DNA of 64,000 bases. It comes from Candidatus Doudnabacteria bacterium. GTDB lineage: Bacteria > Patescibacteriota > Doudnabacteria > UBA920. The position numbers were made by a program, and so were the translations under genes. The notes under the pieces were generated by a model. The model had not been told where the DNA came from. It did no database searches and saw only the letters and a program-made list of their open reading frames with translations. The DNA is taken from contig JARLHZ010000034.1 in assembly GCA_031291995.1 (NCBI GenBank), positions 14,915 to 78,914 of the forward strand. The letters run 5' to 3'. Every line of letters starts with the position of its first letter. Within the stretch, counting starts at the first letter, position 1. Below are positions 60,976-64,000 of this stretch, piece after piece.

Positions 60976-62631
60976 CTAAGTGGTCAACGCGTTGCAGACT
61001 GACTGCAGCAGACTTCCGTCTGCCAGCATGCCCTCGACTGCGTCCAACTCGGCCTTGAGATACCGGTCGTTGAACCAGGCCTGGGCGCCCTTGTCCGTTT
61101 CCTTCTGGAATACGCCGCGGATATGGCCGTAAGCCTCGCCCGTTCCGAGCCCGAGCTGCTGGAGGTTTTCCGGCAGCAAATGCTGAGTGAGGGTGATCCC
61201 TTGCGACGCCATGAACAGTTCGGCGGCAAGCACGCGACGGATGATCGGCAGTATGGAGCGAACTTTGAGAGCGCTGTTCATTCCCATGCTCACCCAGTCT
61301 TCCTGGTCTGCCGAGGTCGTGATCGAATGAGTCGAGCAGGGATTGGCCAGAAGTGCAATCTGGTTTACCAAGGAGGCAACCCCATATTGCACGATCATCA
61401 GGCCGGTATTAGCCGTATTGGGACCGGCAAGATCCGCAGGTAAACCGTAGCTTAACCTGGGAGTAGTCAGAGCGAAACCCCGCCGGTCACTGGCGCCGGC
61501 AAGCGGCGTCAGGGCTATTGCGAGGTAATCCAGCGGCGCTGCCAAAGGCTGGCCGTGAAAATTGCCGCCTGAAATGGCTATGTATTGCGCGCCGTTCTCA
61601 CCATCCTCGAACACCAGAGGATTGTCGGTTGCCGAGTTGAGTTCGACTTCGAGAATCGACTCCAGATGAGAAAGGGCTTGGTATGCCGCCGCATGAATCT
61701 GGGGCGCACAGCGGAACGAGTAAGCGTCCTGAACGCGGGGAACCTGCTTGCCGTGGCTAAACTTCTTCTGTTCATCCGGAAAGGCTACGGATCTGGCTTC
61801 TTCCGTAATTCTCCTGGATCCTTCGGTGAACTTCCTGATGCGCGCCGCAGAATGAACCTGGCCGGGTAATGGCCTGGCTTCGTGGATGCGGGCATCGAAA
61901 GCGTTCTGCTCTCCGCGAATAGCCTCCAAAGACAAGGCCGTAGCGAGATCGGCGGTTTCCAAGAGGATCCAGCCGTCCACTACCGCAAGACACGCAATCG
62001 CCGCAATGAAGTTGGCGCCGTTTGTCAGTGCCATGGCTTCTTTGGCCGCAAGCGTGAGGGGTTTGAGGCCGTGGTTTTCAAGGGCTGTTCTGGCCGGTTG
62101 AATTTCGTCCGCCACGAACATTTGGCCTTCCTCGAGGCCGATTATGCCCGCGGACATGTGAGCCAAGGGAATTAGATCTCCCGAGGCGCCCACCGACCCG
62201 AACTCAGGGACTACCGGGGTAAGCCCCAAATTCAGGCAATCGCGAAGCCTTTCAATCAGGCAAGGTCGCACGCCGGAGTGACCCTTCAAAAAGTTGTTCA
62301 GCCGAACAAGCATGGCTGCTCGGGTGACTTCGGGTGGAAGCGGGTTCCCATAGCCGCAGCAATGGGCCGGGATATAACGCATCTGGTAATCGGACAGTTC
62401 GTCCGACGGCAACACTTGGTTCTTGCGAGAGCCACAGCCGGTATTGACACCGTACATGATGTCTCCACGGATAGCGGCGGCTTCGAGTCCTTGACGGAAA
62501 CGTTCGATTTTCGCAAACGTCTCGGGGTTGATCTGAACCTCGTGATGATGTCTGGCCACGGCTATAACCTGTTCAATGGTTAAGCTGTGACCGTCTACCT
62601 CCACGATTCTCTGCGTAAGCATGGATTTCAC
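60976..62631 (-). CDS. aromatic amino-acid ammonia-lyase/aminomutase family enzyme (HAL/PAL/TAL; MIO cofactor motif Ala-Ser-Gly)
   Basis: 551 aa. GSVGASGDLIPLAH contains the MIO-forming ASG triad. The fold is colinear with HutH. Substrate specificity is not assignable by eye. Confidence 0.85.
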   Translation of the reverse strand: MKSMLTQRIVEVDGHSLTIEQVIAVARHHHEVQINPETFAKIERFRQGLEAAAIRGDIMYGVNTGCGSRKNQVLPSDELSDYQMRYIPAHCCGYGNPLPPEVTRAAMLVRLNNFLKGHSGVRPCLIERLRDCLNLGLTPVVPEFGSVGASGDLIPLAHMSAGIIGLEEGQMFVADEIQPARTALENHGLKPLTLAAKEAMALTNGANFIAAIACLAVVDGWILLETADLATALSLEAIRGEQNAFDARIHEARPLPGQVHSAARIRKFTEGSRRITEEARSVAFPDEQKKFSHGKQVPRVQDAYSFRCAPQIHAAAYQALSHLESILEVELNSATDNPLVFEDGENGAQYIAISGGNFHGQPLAAPLDYLAIALTPLAGASDRRGFALTTPRLSYGLPADLAGPNTANTGLMIVQYGVASLVNQIALLANPCSTHSITTSADQEDWVSMGMNSALKVRSILPIIRRVLAAELFMASQGITLTQHLLPENLQQLGLGTGEAYGHIRGVFQKETDKGAQAWFNDRYLKAELDAVEGMLADGSLLQSVCNALTT

Positions 62632-62837
62632 TCCTAAACCGAGATTTCAACTGTACTGAGACTTAGAACAGACAACCCAAAAATAGGTGCGTTGATGTTA
62701 TTTTTCCTCCAAATTCAAGGCAAAACAAACAACTCAACCCTTTGAGCGGTCTGGTCTGTGCTATATGCATATACCTTTTACTGACCTCCTGTCAAGATCT
62801 TAATAAAAATTGTACTTTTAATTTCGGTTTAAAAATT

Positions 62838-63131
62838 TTATCTATTTAATAACAATTTGTAACCTCCGCTGCCATTCTTTAGCCGTCTATTAATTTTGGC
62901 TATTGTAACAGGGCTCATATTTGTAAGTTTGGTAATTTTTGAATAAGAAAATTTTTTGTTCAGCATCCGAGCTACTTTCCAACGCATACTGATCTCTTGA
63001 ATTTCTTTGGTTGTTAATACATCCGACAAAAACATTTTTGCCTCTTGAAAACGTTCAAGCGATAACAACGCATTAAAAAGATCTTTGACTTGTTGATTGT
63101 CCAATTTTTTTGAATTGGTATTTTTAAGCAT
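62838..63131 (-). CDS. YerC/YecD-family TrpR-like DNA-binding protein
   Basis: LFNALLSLE…ITKLTNMSPVTIAKINRRLKNGSGGY closely parallels Bacillus YerC. The ORF opens at 63182; internal Met 63131 gives about 98 aa. Confidence 0.75.
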   Translation of the reverse strand: MLKNTNSKKLDNQQVKDLFNALLSLERFQEAKMFLSDVLTTKEIQEISMRWKVARMLNKKFSYSKITKLTNMSPVTIAKINRRLKNGSGGYKLLLNR

Positions 63132-63238
63132 AAAACATTTCTTAATTAATTGAAGTATAGCTTTATTTATAACTATTTTCAACGACAGCCGTCCCAGAAC
63201 TAAAAAATAATGCCAACCTTAATGGTTGGCATTATTTT

Positions 63239-63838
63239 TTATCTGCGTTTATCGACTTCGTCAGTAATATCTTTAAAAGAGATATCTTTTTCTGCCAGTA
63301 AAACAAACAGGTGGTAAATTAAATCCACGGTTTCCTCAATTAACCTGGGTTTGGTTTGCTTTTGCGCTGCGTGTACGACTTCAAGCGCTTCCTCGGCCAC
63401 TTTTAGGGAAATTTTGTCCAAACCGGCTTTGAATAAAGAGGCTGTATAGGATTTTTTTGGCATCTTTAATTTTCGCTCCTGGATTACGCTGAACAACTCC
63501 AATAATTTGTTGGGGTCAAAATTTTCTTTAAAACAGGAATAAGTACCCGTATGGCACGTCGGACCTACCGGTTTGGCTTTAATTAGTATTGCGTCGTTAT
63601 CACAGTCTAACTTTATATCAACAAGGTTTAAGATGTTCTTGCTGGTTTCGCCTTTCATCCAGAGCCGTTGTTTGCTTCGGCTGTAAAACCAAACTTTTTT
63701 TGTCTTTAAAGTTTTGGCGAAGGATTCCTTATTCATATAACCCAGCATCAAAACAGCGGACGTGTCGGCATCTTGAATGACGGCTGGTACCAGACCTTGG
63801 CTTTTTGTCCAATTTATTTTTTTGATTAAATTTTTCAT
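63239..63838 (-). CDS. hisIE: bifunctional phosphoribosyl-AMP cyclohydrolase / phosphoribosyl-ATP pyrophosphatase
   Basis: 199 aa. HisI region GLVPAVIQD…WFYSRS…CHTG. HisE region EVVHAAQ…[10 protein letters not shown]. Confidence 0.85.
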   Translation of the reverse strand: MKNLIKKINWTKSQGLVPAVIQDADTSAVLMLGYMNKESFAKTLKTKKVWFYSRSKQRLWMKGETSKNILNLVDIKLDCDNDAILIKAKPVGPTCHTGTYSCFKENFDPNKLLELFSVIQERKLKMPKKSYTASLFKAGLDKISLKVAEEALEVVHAAQKQTKPRLIEETVDLIYHLFVLLAEKDISFKDITDEVDKRR

Positions 63839-64000
63839 AAGCGTATTGGTATGTTGTTAGTTGATAAATAATTTTTAACTTGGTTGACGCTAAATTGTCC
63901 ATAATGGAACAAGCTTGCCACCAATGCCGCGTCTGCCTTGCCCTCGGTAAAAGCCAATTTTAAATCTTCCAAAGATCCGGCGCCGCCTGATGCGATAACA
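63835..64000 (-). CDS. hisF: imidazole glycerol phosphate synthase cyclase subunit HisF (3' fragment, continues beyond window)
   Basis: The reverse translation ends …[45 protein letters not shown]…, a typical HisF C-terminus. Its TGA overlaps the hisIE ATG (ATGA). Confidence 0.6.
   Translation of the reverse strand, partial: VIASGGAGSLEDLKLAFTEGKADAALVASLFHYGQFSVNQVKNYLSTNNIPIRL

Noticed and set aside
61123-62583. Plus-strand ORFs (71-106 aa) opposite the lyase gene
   Set aside because: Antisense shadow ORFs in GC-rich sequence. The lyase frame has the MIO motif and full-length homology.

Overview
The window reads as a small, compact bacterial genome with Patescibacteria/CPR-like traits (inference). 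The ribosomal cluster rplE-rpsZ-rpsH-rplF-rplR-rpsE-rplO-secY has no L30 gene between S5 and L15 and no adk/map/infA after secY. Ribosome-binding sites are weak or absent. Multi-copy tiny nuclease genes of the GIY-YIG (COG2827), DUF559 and four-helix-bundle types are scattered through it.

Backbone genes, in order:
- 5' r-protein cluster: rplE, rpsZ, rpsH, rplF, rplR, rpsE, rplO, secY (all +).
- dcd, then a small zincin-like HExxH protein and an orphan membrane-anchored VirB4/TrbE-like P-loop ATPase.
- An AT-rich block of hypothetical genes containing a frameshifted dinD-like gene.
- dnaX, htrA, a DUF559 element, ruvX, galT-like.
- A long sugar-phosphate operon: tpiA, rpiB, rpe, split transketolase, PfkB kinase, gap, pgk, eno, gpmI. 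Two GIY-YIG genes and several small membrane-protein genes are interleaved in it.
- recJ, rnhA, a TraB/GumN-like protein, a PEGA-like protein, mreB.
- A histidine kinase, a stand-alone receiver-domain response regulator, a PPC-domain protein, a SpoU methyltransferase.
- The dcw start mraZ-rsmH-ftsL-ftsI, with a recognisable MraZ operator.
- A DoxX protein and tRNA-Gln(UUG).

Accessory and unusual content:
1. Family A repeats of about 90-130 bp (TAA-ATTGACAAGATTGACAT...) begin immediately after the stop codons of four genes (rpsZ, rplF, rplR, eno) and fill the spacers before rpsH, rplR, rpsE and gpmI. Family B palindromes of about 85 bp (TTTACGAAGTACGAAC...GTTCGTACTTCGTAAA) sit about 10 nt before rplE, rplO, secY, rpe and the response regulator, and one lies between ftsI and a convergent gene. 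Both families are strikingly regular.
2. The two GIY-YIG genes and the DUF559 gene are each framed by roughly 35-45 bp terminal inverted hairpin repeats. Gene-less MITE-like TIR pairs of the same family occur elsewhere. This looks like a family of miniature nuclease-carrying mobile elements.
3. A large serine recombinase gene overlaps the 3' end of tRNA-Gln. Behind it is an AT-rich cargo: a lipoprotein, two hypotheticals, a 1-TM protein and an MccF/LD-carboxypeptidase-like S66 peptidase.
4. Next comes a visibly G+C-rich block carrying two tandem, divergent HisRS-like genes, an MIO-type (Ala-Ser-Gly) aromatic amino-acid ammonia-lyase/aminomutase homologue and two unknown small genes. It is adjacent to a YerC/TrpR-like regulator and the hisF-hisIE end of a histidine operon.

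Also noted: candidate structured RNAs at about 40.87-41.11 kb and 9.45-9.65 kb, an 8-mer microsatellite fused to the recJ stop codon, and a heptanucleotide tandem repeat inside rsmH.

All calls are made from the sequence by eye and motif recognition. No database searches were run.
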